Assembly (NCBI RefSeq): GCF_006345805.1 | Contig: NC_043007.1 | Span: 73,036,001 to 73,100,000, forward strand | DNA from: Octopus sinensis | Taxonomy: Eukaryota | Direction of reading: 5' to 3' | DNA length: 64,000 nucleotides | In this document: positions 36,969 through 48,295 of the stretch, piece after piece | How positions within the stretch are numbered: position 1 is the first letter of the stretch | Layout: every line of letters starts with the position of its first letter | Translations under genes and position numbers: made by a program | The notes under the pieces: model-generated | Database searches by the model: none | What the model saw: the letters and a program-made list of their open reading frames with translations, nothing else | Told to the model about the DNA's origin: nothing

Positions 36969-37150
36969 TCTCTCTGTATATAAACGGCAGTTTGTCTGTG
37001 TGTGTGTCTGTGTGTGTGTCTGTGTGTCTGTCAGGTTGTACCCTTACCCTGACCACGGCTTTCAACCGATTCTGATGAAACTTGACACACACATATTTAT
37101 AATGAAGAGTCTAACAAACCTATCAGATTCTTTGAAATTTGCACAGTGGC
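36969..37150 (+). mobile_element. Helitron/Helentron-like 5' fragment
   Basis: A|TCTCTCTGTATATAAA start, (GTCT/GT)n, and ccgattctgatgaaacttg motif. Confidence 0.4.
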
Positions 37151-37176
37151 CTCTATTATCAATTTTGTACGGGATA

Positions 37177-37597
37177 CTCTCTCTCTCTTTTTACTCTTTT
37201 ACTTGTTTCAGTCATTTGACTGCGGCCATGCTGGAGTACCACCTTTAATCAAGCAACTCGAACCCCGGGACTTATTCTTTTGTAAGCCCAGTACTTATTC
37301 TATTGGTCTCTTTTGCCGAACCACTAAGTAACGGGGACATAAACACACCAGCATCGGTTGTCAAGCAATGCTAGGGGGACAAACACAGACACACAAACAC
37401 ACACACGCATATATATATATATACATATATACGACGGGCTTCTTTCAGTTTCCGTCTACCAAATCCACTCACAAGGCTTTGGTCGGCCCGAGGCTATAGT
37501 AGAAGACACTTGCCCAAGGTGCCACGCAGTGGGACTGAACCCGGAACCGTGTGGTTGGTAAACAAGCTACTTACCACACAGCCACTCCTGCACCTAT
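37177..37597 (-). mobile_element. SINE family A, full length and young-looking
   Basis: Nearly identical to the reverse complement of 2171-2582. Confidence 0.92.
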
Positions 37598-37764
37598 AGT
37601 GGATGTTCATCAACTAGTACACAAACAGGTAGAAAAAAATGCAGATACGACCACGTGTATTTATGTTACCTGATTCAAAACAAGTACAGTGCATGTAAAT
37701 ATACATCAACTAATTGCATGGGGTTAAACTAGTCATATCTGACCAACGTATTCTATCTGCTTTA

Positions 37765-37925
37765 TCTTTACACCAGCCAGATCTTGCCTCTTGCACATGC
37801 CCTACAATGTCATTCAAAGACTCACATCATCAAAGTTTCAAAGCTACAAGATAAAGCTGGAATAAATGATGTGAATAAATTAGCATTACATTTGATAGAG
37901 TTATCTGAATGCTAAATGGTTAAAT
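37765..37925 (-). mobile_element. Partial copy of the TTAA-flanked MITE
   Basis: Reverse complement reads ttaaccatttagcattcagataactctatc; homologous to 60380-60594. Confidence 0.5.
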
Positions 37926-38630
37926 GATGATGATGTTGATACATATAAATAGATAATATAAAGAAAATCGGGGATGAAAAATATTTATTTCGCCAGCTGA
38001 TTTCGGTAAGGTTATGATCATTTCACAGCCAACAACATGCAAAAATATATACTGGATTTCAATTGCATAGTATTATACATTACATACGTCTATATTTTTT
38101 TACTACATAGTTTGTAGCCTAGTCCACCAAATAAGCATTTTTGTGAGTACCACTAAATTAGATAAATCCATATATTGTGCATTAAATTTATATATATATA
38201 TATATATATATATATGGGTGTAGGCATGACTGTATGGTGAGAAGTTTGCTAGTTTGTTTCCCAAGCATATGGTTCGGGTTCAGTTCCATTGTATGGAATC
38301 TTAGGCAAATGTCTTCTTCTATAGCCCGGGACCAACTAAAAACCTTTTGAGTGAATATAGTAAGAGGAAACACTTTGTTTATGCATGTATGTGCATATGT
38401 GGGTGTGTGTTATGTTTCTGTCTCTGTTTTGACATTGCAATGAGTGTCACTGTCATACAAGCCATGTCATTCATTTCCAATATTCTGGCCATGCCAAAAT
38501 ATTACCTCACTTGGAAAGAGATGAGGGTTGGTGATAGGAAAGGCATCCAGCTATAGAATATTTGCCTCAATAGACTCCCCTGACCTTTTCAGGTATGGAA
38601 AATAAGAAAGTGGACATGGTGATTATTATG

Positions 38631-38670
<40 letters not shown>

Positions 38671-38880
38671 ATATAACAAAGTAAAGTTGTAAGATACTGC
38701 ACAAGTGGAAATATATATGAAAGAAAGGTTTGAAAATGCTATTTTAAAGATGTTTATTCACTTGACTGGTTTCACTTTTTTAGAAAAAGATTTGTCAAAA
38801 GTAAAATGTAAAGCTTTGTATAAGCTTTGTTGTGTTAAGTACTGGTTGTCACAAAGTATTAAAATACATATATATATAAT

Positions 38881-40415
38881 GATTCTGAAAAGAAAGCGGC
38901 TTGGAGAAGCCATATTGAAAGACTGCTGAATGTGGAGAATGAATGGGAGGAGGAGAGCCAGCCAAATGTTGGCTCAGTAGAGGGATCAGCTATCCGAATA
39001 GACAGCTCCCTGGTAGATAAAGCAATTAAGGGTATGAAGCTAATAAAAGCCCCTGGCCCATCAGGAATCACTGCTGAGATGCTTAAAACATCTGGTGGTG
39101 TGGGCTATGGCTTAGTCACCCACATTGTAAACCAATTAGTTCAAGATGGAGTCATACCCAATGACTGGCATAGCAGCACCATAGTCAATTGCTACAAGGG
39201 TAAAGGTGATGCTCTAGATAGAAATAACTACAAGGGTATCAAACTGTTGGATCAGGTGATGAAGGTCACGGAGAGGTCATAGCCCATCTCATTAGGGAGA
39301 GTGTCTGCTTAGATGAGATGCAGTTCGGTTTTGTGCCAGGTAGAAGCACCACTGATGCCATATTCCTGGTTTGACAAGTGCAGGAGGAATACGTAGCTAA
39401 AGATAAACCCATCTACTTAGCTTTTGTGGACTTGGAGAAAGCCTTTGACAGGGTCCCCCAATCCGTCATCTGGTGGGCGATGCAGAAACTGGAGATTGAC
39501 AAATGGCTAATAAGGGCTGTATAGGCCTATACAGAAAGGCTGTTAGTAAGGTTAGGATTGGCAATGAGTATAGTGAAGAATTCCAGGTAGAGGTAGGGGT
39601 CCACCAAGGTTCAGCCCTCAGTCCTATTTTATTCATCATAGTCCTCCAAGCAATAACAGAGGAATTCAAGAAGGGTTGCCACTGGGAGCTCCTCTATGCT
39701 GATGACTTGGCCCTCATAGCAAAATCGCTACTGGAACTAGAAAAGAAATTTCAAGTGTGGAAGCAAGGCTTAGAATCAAAAGGCCTTAGGGTCAATGTAG
39801 CAAAGACCAAAGTTCTAGTAAGTAGAACACACCCACTCAGGCAGGTGGCCCTGCTCGATCTGCAGAAAGGTGTAGGTAGAAACTCCATAAGATGTACCCA
39901 TTGTAAGCTATGGACACATAAGAGGTGCAGCAACATCAAAGGAAGATTAACCGAGAAGATAGCTTTCATGTGTGGGAGATGCATGGGGGCAATAGACACC
40001 ACAGCTGCTCAACAAAAAGATTCCATCACATGCCAGGGGGAGAAACTAGAAGTAGTTGATAGCTTCCACTACCTAGGTGACCAAGTTAGTAGTGGGGGGT
40101 GGATGCTCAGAGAGTGTTACCACTAGAATAAGAATAGCCTGGGCAAAGTTTAGAAAGCTTCTACCCCTACTGATGACAAAGGGTCTCTCACTCAGAGTGA
40201 AAGGTAGATTGTACGATTCATGTGTGTAAACTGCCATGCTTCACGGCAGTGAAACATGGGCCATGACTGCGGAGGACATGCATAGGCTCGAAAGAAATGA
40301 AGCTAGCATGATCCGCTGGATGTGTAATGTCAGTGTGCACACGCGACAGAGTGTAAGTGCCCTGAGAGAAATGTTGGACATAAGAAGCATCGGATGTGGT
40401 GTGCAAGAGAGACTG
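38881..40415 (+). mobile_element. 5'-truncated RTE LINE, same family as 13195
   Basis: ORFs 38932..39282, 39503..40126 (LLYADDLAL) and 40236 onward. Confidence 0.95.
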
Positions 40416-40416
40416 G

Positions 40417-40783
40417 TCCTTGATGAACCCCTACTTCTTCCTGGAAATCATCACTATACTTATCGTCAACCCTCACCTTACTGACAGCATCCCTGTACAT
40501 GGCTTGTACAGCTCTTACAAACCACTAATCTATCCCCAGTTTCTGCATCAATCACCAGATAAGGGATCGGGGGACCCTGTCAAAGGCTTTCTCCATGTCA
40601 ATGGAAGCCAAGTACAGAGGTTTATCTTTGGCTAGGAATTTCTCCTGCAACTGTCTCACCAGAAATACAGCATCAGTGGTGCTTCTCTCTGGCACAAACC
40701 CAAACTACATCTCGTCTAAACTAACTCTCTCCCTAATTAATTGGGCTATAACCCTCTCCATGACTTTCATCATCTGATCCAAC
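40417..40783 (-). mobile_element. Inverted RTE RT fragment abutting the previous copy
   Basis: Reverse complement reads [26 protein letters not shown]...GDPVKGF; homologous to ~39245-39610. Confidence 0.9.
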
Positions 40784-40789
40784 AAATAA

Positions 40790-41300
40790 AAACATAGAAA
40801 CAAACTGTTTTCAACCAACGATAAAAAACAAACAGAGAAACGAGACATACAACATAAAGAATACTTCTTCAGTTGTCCCTGTTTCAACTACTCTATGTTT
40901 CGAATGCAAGGACAAGACGCGACTTCGTTGAAACAGTCCTTCCCACAAAGCAGATTAAATAAAATTTGGGATTTTTTGCGGAGGGTGAAAGTGGTAATAA
41001 GAACAGGACAGTGAGAACAAAACAGTAAAAACAATAAAAATGTAAAAACAGTAAAAGACAGAACAATGAGAACAAAACAGTAAAATCAAATGGTGAGGGC
41101 TGTTAAGCCAAAACGATGGAAAAATTATTCTGAACGCTTAGGAAGACGAGCTTATGAAGAGACAGTATAAGCACGTTTAGTCTTTATGAAGGTAGTAGTC
41201 AGAAAGACGGATTCCCTCTCATCACGTGTCAGGGACGAAAGAGTCGAGGAGGAGGAGTGAGAGAGAGGGAACGGTGAAGTAAGTTTTATCTTAATAATTA
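40790..41300. repeat. Unclassified interspersed repeat with (AAAAC/AGT)-rich tracts and retained CpGs
   Basis: Composition differs from the flanks; no recognisable coding motif. Confidence 0.35.
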
Positions 41301-41421
41301 CGATGCGCACTCTTCTATCTCTTCTCTGTCTATCTCTCTCCCCCTCTTGTTCTTTCTGGTTTTCTTTCCCATCCTTCCCTATTCTTCTCCTCTCCCCTTC
41401 ACCGTTCCCTCTCTCTCATAA

Positions 41422-41868
41422 ATTTTTCCCTTATGAGGTTTTTCACGCTAACTACTTGATAAATTCTTATAAAGATTTTATCCTATTTTTAAATTGTTAT
41501 TTTAACCAGAATATATTCAGTGCTGAATTTTATTCTGAATAAACATGTGTACTGAGAAGCAATTACATAGCTTTATAAGTGTGAACAATTCTATGTCCTA
41601 TGCTGGATACATGTGGTCTTCATCTGGTATGTTGATTTTTTGTTCATTTTTATCATGCCTTGATTATGCTTGCACTGAAGATTAAAAAGTGCATTATGTG
41701 CACTAAGTATGAAATCATATGATCTGTAGCTGAATCTGTTTTTAAAAGGCTTACTTCGAGAGTTGCATTCCCTTGCGTTCGGTACAATTAATAAAGTTTT
41801 CCCATGTGAGGTTTTTCATGCTAACTACTTGATAAATTCTTATAAAGATTTTATCCTATTTTTAAATA
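41422..41868 (+). repeat. 70-bp local direct repeat (41422-41492 and 41798-41868)
   Basis: ttttccc.t.tgaggtttttca.gctaactacttgataaattcttataaagattttatcctatttttaaat occurs twice. Confidence 0.85.
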
Positions 41869-41890
41869 TATATATATATATATACATATA

Positions 41891-43206
41891 TAGCAAGTCC
41901 CAAAATTAAGGCAACCAACTTTTTTCAATTTTAAAAATGCAAAATATTGTTATGTTTAGGTCCAAGCATTGCAATACAGCAGTCAAGGAAACGCAATTAT
42001 GACACTACCTCATTTATTCAATATGACCACCTCTGTTTCAAATCACAGCCTTAAATTTTTGTGCGAATACTTCACATGCAGCTGTTCTTGGGAATCAAAG
42101 CCCATTCCTGGTGCAGTTTTGCCTTCAGAGCATCAAGCAAAACATAAGGAGTGCTTGAGACCCTTGTCTCCAAAATAGACCAAACTGAAAAATCCAACAG
42201 GTTAAGATTGGGACTTCTTGAGAGCCACACAGCCTTGCCTATGAATGAAGATGTTTTTCTGAATCCAGTGTTGTGTCTGTTTGGAGCTGTGGTATGATGC
42301 TGAGTCCTGTTGGAGTCTCCAAGGTCTGCCTTGAAAGTATTCATTCCCCCATGGAAGCAGTTCAGCTTCCAGAATGTTGTTAATGTATCACTGGGTGTTT
42401 AATTTTAACAACTGAAGACATAAAAATGAGGGGAGACCTTCCAGTGGCTGTCACAGCTAAATCATAACTGACTGTGGATTTTGACATTGATTTACGAGTC
42501 TACCGTCAACAGAGCCGAATACACTCCAAAGTTAGTCATTCTGTTGGTTTACTGTCCATTTGACGTCAAATATCTTTTCATCAGTGAACACCTGGTTAGG
42601 AAGTGTGCCTTCAGCAATCTGATGCAGGATAAGACGACTTCTCTCCAGTCTCATGACCGTATAAACTTGTGTAAGCTCATGACGATGGATCATCTGCCAT
42701 ATAAACTTGTGTGTGAGCTCATGATGATGGATCATCTTGTAGGGTTCACTCCTGAGATCCTTCTTCAGCATTCGATATATCGATGTTTGACTTATTTTTG
42801 TTGTGGCAGCCAGTTTTCTGATGGAACGATGAAGATATTGCTGTATCTTTTCTCTGGTACTTTTGATAAGCTGAGGGGTCCACACACTTCCTTTGCGTCC
42901 ATGTCCAGGTTGATTATCACTGAAACTAGTCTCTTGAAATTTCTTGACAATTTTCCAGAGTGTTGTTCACTTAATTTTAAGCTTTTTTGCTATGGCTGTA
43001 TTATGTTCACTTCCTTTGTGGAGGGTTATGCTTGTATTTCGGTCAATAGCCATTATCTAATTTATAAATTTGAGTTTATTTAGTTTTAAATAAAAAGAAG
43101 AGACACTAAGCTTTTATAATGTTGTATAATTTTCATATCTTATCACGTTTATTGATAGTTATTAAAGCCTGGAACTTCAGTTGACTTAATTTCTGGACCC
43201 TCTGTG
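41891..43206 (-). mobile_element. maT/Bmmar1-like (Tc1/mariner superfamily) transposon, decayed
   Basis: ORF remnants 42532..42885 (HTH region, VFTDEKIF) and 42072..42344 (SPNLNLLDFSVW). Degenerate TIRs gtcc..aaattaag.caac at both ends, TA flanks, and a ~40-bp internal duplication near 42660-42735. Confidence 0.85.
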
Positions 43207-43221
43207 TAAGTATGTATGTAT

Positions 43222-43345
43222 GAATATATATCATCATCATCATCGTCATCGTTCAACGTCTGCTTTCCATGCTAGCATGGGTTGGACGATTTGACTGAGG
43301 ACTGGCGAACCAGATGGCTGCACCAGGCTCCAATCTTGATCCGGC
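43222..43345 (-). mobile_element. RTE-type 3' tail
   Basis: (CAT)n followed by cgttcaacgtctgctttccatgctagcatgggttggac. Confidence 0.8.
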
Positions 43346-43419
43346 AGAGTTTCTACAGCTGGATATATATATATATATGACATAGAATGCGACAAGGCTG
43401 GTTTTTCAAAATGCATGTA

Positions 43420-43562
43420 CCACTGACTTTTTCCAACTGAATGGACAAGAGCAATATGAAATAAATATTTTGCTCAACAACACATTGCACCGCCAGGACT
43501 TAAACTCATGACTGTAAGGTTGAGAGGTGAATGCTCTAACCACTAAGTCATGTGCCTTCACT
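43420..43562 (-). mobile_element. tRNA-derived SINE head
   Basis: Reverse complement gaaggcacatgacttagtggttagagc...gagtttaagtcctgg. Confidence 0.55.
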
Positions 43563-44350
43563 ATATACACATGCGTGCATACACACACACACACACAATG
43601 ATTTGCATATTAATTTTTGATTAGTTCTTGCAGATTCAAATGCAAATAAGCTAATCAATGTTGTGTTTCGTCAGAGGACAACAACTTCTCCTTTATGACA
43701 GATGTGTGTTCATAAGGTTCATTGGTGTAAGGGATTCTGGGATAGCTGATATTTTGACATTGCCATGTCTCATCAGCTGGGGAACCCTGAACTAATTAAT
43801 CTAACGAGAGTCAATGCTCTCGTTTATAAATTCAGTGAACAAACTGTTTGCTGGTTCATGCTGATATCTGCTAACCAGTAACAAATTAATTTAAATTAAA
43901 ACCTTCCCTCAAAATTCATGTTAATTTACATTCTAAACTCCAATTTAATAATTAGTTGTTATGCTGCAGTTTAGAACTTTCAGGAACAGTTTTAATATAG
44001 ATTAGTAAACAAGGAAGCTTTTAATCTTGGCACCAAGGGCAATCGTGGGAAGATTTGTACAAAAAGGCATTTGTTGTTGTTATATATATATAATGTATTG
44101 AGTATTAAAGGAAGTAGTGAGTATTTAGTATGAAAGATTAAGAAAATGAGAGAGACTGAAACAACGTGTTAACGATACGAGATACTTTATTCGACTGCCG
44201 TTGTTGTACAAGTTAATTGTTTTGGCGGGAAACAAAGTGAAAGTCCTTTTATCAAGGGAGACAATGGGCGACGTTGATTGTTCATGTTTGTTGTGATGAT
44301 TATATAACATCTTCCTTTTTTTTTTTTATTTTTTTATTTTTTTTTTATTT

Positions 44351-45150
44351 ATATCATCTGTATCTACAGGGAATAATTATTCGTCGTCCACTTTTTGTGG
44401 TTTTATTATTTTGTAGTGTTGAATTCTGTAGTTGTGCTGTTTTTGTTTTTTCATGCGTGTTTGTTGACTTTGGAAATATATTTTCATAATCTAATTCTTC
44501 TGTTATGCGAACGTGTTCGTTTGTTTTAAGAATATGTTGTCTATTTCGTTTGACTGTATTTCTTCCTCTGTTATTACTAAGTATGAACGAGGTTGCTCTA
44601 GTTTTTTAATTATTTTGCCCCTTCTAAACCAATTGTTGTTAAACTTAATTCTAACCGTGTCGTGTGGTTTTAACTCTGGGAGTTCTGTTGTAATGTTTGA
44701 TTTCTTCTTTTCGTGAGGCCTGATACCATTTTGTCGTGTAGTATGTTTGGGAGATTTGTTCGCAATGTTCTATTCATTATTTGATTTGCAGGGGATGGTG
44801 CACCATTTTGTAATTTAGTCGTGCGTAATGCTAAGAGCGCTAACTGAGGTTCTTTGTCACTTTTGAATGCCTTTTTTAGCGTCTTTTTTATTGTCTGTAT
44901 ATTTCTCTCAACCATGCCATTCGCTTGATGATAATGCGGGCTTGTCTTCGTGTGATGAAAATGCAAATTTTTTGCAAATTTTTTGAATTCAGCCGAATTG
45001 AATTCTGGACCGTTGTCACTTACAACTGTTTGCGGAATTCCGAATTTAGCAAAAGTTTCTTTTAATTTTTTGATTACGGTTTTTGACTGGCAATCATTTA
45101 TTTCGTGTAGATCAAAAAATCTTGTTGTATAGTCAATAATTGTGACATAC
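44351..45150 (-). pseudogene. Gypsy integrase core and C-terminus, broken by three single-base deletions
   Basis: IIDYTTRFF, VVSDNGPEF, NGMVERNIQT, PRSYLV, VKRNRQHI and TTKSGRRIIIPCRY are recoverable only by shifting frame near 45150, 44720 and 44560. Confidence 0.85.
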
Positions 45151-48100
45151 GAATTTCAGACAGGTGAAATACGTCTGTACCCACTTTGGTCCATGGTGTA
45201 GTAGGTATTTCATGATTTATTAGTGGTTCGGCTGCTTGTTGATTTTTGTAGTCAATGCAATATGAGCATGTGTTAATCATGTCTTTGATTTGAGCGTTAA
45301 TGCCGGGCCAGTGTATACATTCCTTCGCTCTCTCTATGCATTTTTCGATACCCATGTGTCCGGTATGTATTTCCTGTAGAGCTTCTCTACGTAATGACTT
45401 AGGTACATTTATTCTTGAACCTTTTAGAACGAGACCATTGACGATTGATATTTCATCACGAACAGATACGAATGGTTTGATGTTTATTGGTATTTTGTCT
45501 TTTGGGGGCCATTCTGTTCTTGTATATGTGACGAGTGTCTGTAGAGACGGGTCGTCTGCAGTGGCTTCTTTATACTCTTTTAATTTAGTGTCGGTTATGG
45601 GGTAATTTTTTATTACTGCATGAATGTGCGATTTCATATCTTCGTCTGATACTTCTGGAGTATTTTGCTCAAGGTATGCACGTGATAGGGTATCTGCAAC
45701 AATTGATTCTTTACCAGGTATGTGGTTTAGGTCAAAATCATATCTTTGTAATGTTAGTAGAAATCTTTGGATTCTGGGGGGGCATTTAGTGATCGATTTT
45801 TTGAATATTTGCTTCAACGGTTTATGGTCATTTTCGATTCTGAAATGAGTTCCGTATATAAACTGATGAAATTTCTTGCATGCGAAAACTATACTGAGAG
45901 CTTCGCTCTCTATCGGACAGTAGTTTTGTTCCGCTTGAGTTGTTGCACGAGATGCAAACGAAACAGGTAGCCATCTTTCGTTGTGTTTCTGCTCAAGTAT
46001 CGCTCCGAGCCCATGCTTACTAGCATCTGTAGTTATTTTTATTGGTAGATCTGGATCATAAAATTGTAGCACTGGTTTTCTGGTAATCATTTCTTTTAGC
46101 TTTTTTATTGCTTCGATTTGTGGTTTGTCGAATGACCATAATGTGTCACTCTGTAGAAGCTGGCGCAATGGTGCTGTGACTTCGGAGTAATTAGATAAAA
46201 ATTTACATAGGTAATTTGTCATACCTAGGAATCTTTGTAATTCTTTTTTACTTGTTGGCAGTGGCATGTGAATGATTGCTTGTACCTTGGTTGGATCTTG
46301 TTTTATCCCTTCGCTGGTTAATATATGCCCAAGGTACTTGATTTGTGATTCATAGAAGATACACTTTGATTTATTTAACTTTAATCCGTGCTTTCGGATT
46401 CGATCGAAAACTTGTTGTAGTCTATTTGTGTGTTCTTCTAAAGTGTTGGACCAGATTATGATGTCATCCTGTGAATTTCTTGCTCCTTCTATACCCTCTA
46501 TTATTTTTGAAATTTCTTTTTGGAAAACTTCACTGGCGCTGTGAATTCCACAGGGTAGTCGTGTGAAGCGATACCTTCCAAAAGGTGTGTTGAACGTTAA
46601 AAGATGGGAGCTTTCTTCGTCAACTGGAATTTGCCAGTATCCATTAGATGCATCGAGTTTTGAAAAATATTTAGGGTTATGCATTTGTGCAAAAATGTCC
46701 TCCGCTGTAGGGAGTTTGAAATGTTGCCTTTTTATGGCTTTGTTTAGATTCTTGGGGTCTAAACAGAGTCGGAGTTTTCCGTTCGCTTTTTCAACGATGA
46801 CTAGGGAATTTACCCAGTCTGTAGGTTCACTAACAGGTTTTATGATATCTAATTCTGTCATTCTTTTTAATTCTTTGTTGAGTTTTTCTTTTATAGAAAA
46901 AGGAACCGATCTTGGTGGATGAATTACAGGAGTTATTTGTGGATCCACTGTGATATGATGTGTTATTGACAAAGTGCCGATTTCTCCGAAACAGTCTTCA
47001 TATTTTTCTAATATGTCGTTTGTGTTCGACGAATTTATTTTTGAAATTCTCTGAATCAGGTTCAGATCTTTAGCTGTCTTTGCATCTATAACTGCGTGCG
47101 AGTTTGTTTTTGCAACAATGAATTTTATTTGCTTTGATAATTCTTTGTATTTAATGACTGCTGTGCATTTTCCTAGCACTTTTATAGCTGTGTTATTATA
47201 AGCTGATAATCGAGTTGAAGTTTTTTGCAGTTGTGGTTTTGGAATTATATTTCTATATTCTCTGAATGGCAGTACGGTTACGTCTGCTCCTGTATCTATT
47301 TTGAATGTTACATTCGAGTTGTTCACTTTTAGTTCGACCGTCCAAATGTCTTTTGGAGTCTTGAACTTTTCGATTTTGTGCACGCGGGAATTATTTGCAG
47401 TGATCATTTCGAGTACATGTGTATCGTCATCTGATTCATCGTCGGTATGTATCTCTACTTTATGTACAAATTTTCTTGATTTGCACATTTTTGCATAGTG
47501 TCCTTGTTTCTTGCATTTTTCACATGTCTTGTGAAATGCTGGGCATTTATTTCTTTTGAGATTATAACCACAATAGTGACAGTTAGTGACGTAGTGTTGA
47601 CTTGGCGCTTGAAACTTCGCGGGCTTTCTGTCACTTTCGCCTTGTTCGTTTTGATGTCTGGATTGCATATGGTGGGTTATTTGGGTTTTGGCACCTTTTC
47701 TGTCGTGTTGACTATATACCCTCGAGATTTCGTTATCTCTTGTTTCGGATGTGGCATTTAGCATCCTTGATTGGAGTCGTGTTTGCTCTGCACTCTGACC
47801 TGCTTGAATTGTTTTTTGTAGGTCTAAATTTGGTTCTCTCAATAATCTTTCTCGTAATCTCATATCTCTGATTCCACATATCAGAATATCTTTGGTGAGA
47901 CTGTCTGTGAGGTTACCGAATTCGCACTGTTGTGCCTTTTGGCGCAACTCTACTACGTACTCATCGAATTTTTGATGTTCCGCTTGTCCACATGTGAAGA
48001 ATTTGTGTCTTAGGAAAGTTATGTTTTTCCTGGGTTCACAATATGCATCGAATTTTTCGATTACTGTCTGAAGGTTCATTTCTTCGTCGGGTGAATCGAA

Positions 48101-48295
48101 ATCCAGTGTGGAATGGATATCTCGGCCTTTAGAACCGATGCAAGTTAAAAACATTGAAGTTTTTACTTTGTCTGGCTTCATGTCACTTTCTGTTGCTATC
48201 AAAAAGAGATTGAATTCTTTTTTCCACTTTTTCCATGCTGCGGCTAGATTTTCCTGATTAAAGTCTAGGTCTTTTGGATGCGGTAAATTTTCCAT
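45098..48295 (-). CDS. Gypsy gag-pol polyprotein (gag, CCHC knuckle, protease, RT, RNase H, integrase N-terminus)
   Basis: ATG at 48295. CEKCKKQGHYAKMC, FKIDTGAD, LRLCLDP, NSQDDII, TTDASKHGLG, YCPIESEAL, NDHKPL and HTGHMG...CSYC. The frame shifts out at ~45150. Confidence 0.95.
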   Translation of the reverse strand: MENLPHPKDLDFNQENLAAAWKKWKKEFNLFLIATESDMKPDKVKTSMFLTCIGSKGRDIHSTLDFDSPDEEMNLQTVIEKFDAYCEPRKNITFLRHKFFTCGQAEHQKFDEYVVELRQKAQQCEFGNLTDSLTKDILICGIRDMRLRERLLREPNLDLQKTIQAGQSAEQTRLQSRMLNATSETRDNEISRVYSQHDRKGAKTQITHHMQSRHQNEQGESDRKPAKFQAPSQHYVTNCHYCGYNLKRNKCPAFHKTCEKCKKQGHYAKMCKSRKFVHKVEIHTDDESDDDTHVLEMITANNSRVHKIEKFKTPKDIWTVELKVNNSNVTFKIDTGADVTVLPFREYRNIIPKPQLQKTSTRLSAYNNTAIKVLGKCTAVIKYKELSKQIKFIVAKTNSHAVIDAKTAKDLNLIQRISKINSSNTNDILEKYEDCFGEIGTLSITHHITVDPQITPVIHPPRSVPFSIKEKLNKELKRMTELDIIKPVSEPTDWVNSLVIVEKANGKLRLCLDPKNLNKAIKRQHFKLPTAEDIFAQMHNPKYFSKLDASNGYWQIPVDEESSHLLTFNTPFGRYRFTRLPCGIHSASEVFQKEISKIIEGIEGARNSQDDIIIWSNTLEEHTNRLQQVFDRIRKHGLKLNKSKCIFYESQIKYLGHILTSEGIKQDPTKVQAIIHMPLPTSKKELQRFLGMTNYLCKFLSNYSEVTAPLRQLLQSDTLWSFDKPQIEAIKKLKEMITRKPVLQFYDPDLPIKITTDASKHGLGAILEQKHNERWLPVSFASRATTQAEQNYCPIESEALSIVFACKKFHQFIYGTHFRIENDHKPLKQIFKKSITKCPPRIQRFLLTLQRYDFDLNHIPGKESIVADTLSRAYLEQNTPEVSDEDMKSHIHAVIKNYPITDTKLKEYKEATADDPSLQTLVTYTRTEWPPKDKIPINIKPFVSVRDEISIVNGLVLKGSRINVPKSLRREALQEIHTGHMGIEKCIERAKECIHWPGINAQIKDMINTCSYCIDYKNQQAAEPLINHEIPTTPWTKVGTDVFHLSEIRMSQLLTIQQDFLIYTK

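Noticed and set aside
37065-37085. ctgatgaaac as a hammerhead core
   Set aside because: No room for stem II; it is part of a Helitron/Helentron-like motif.
41085-41120. tggtgagggctgttaagccaaaacgat as a degenerate hammerhead
   Set aside because: Multiple core mismatches and no stem I; cannot be supported.
42481-43083. 200-aa plus-strand ORF
   Set aside because: Antisense shadow of the maT transposase remnant.
45300-47871. Several plus-strand ORFs within the gypsy element
   Set aside because: Antisense shadows of the gag-pol frame with no motifs of their own.
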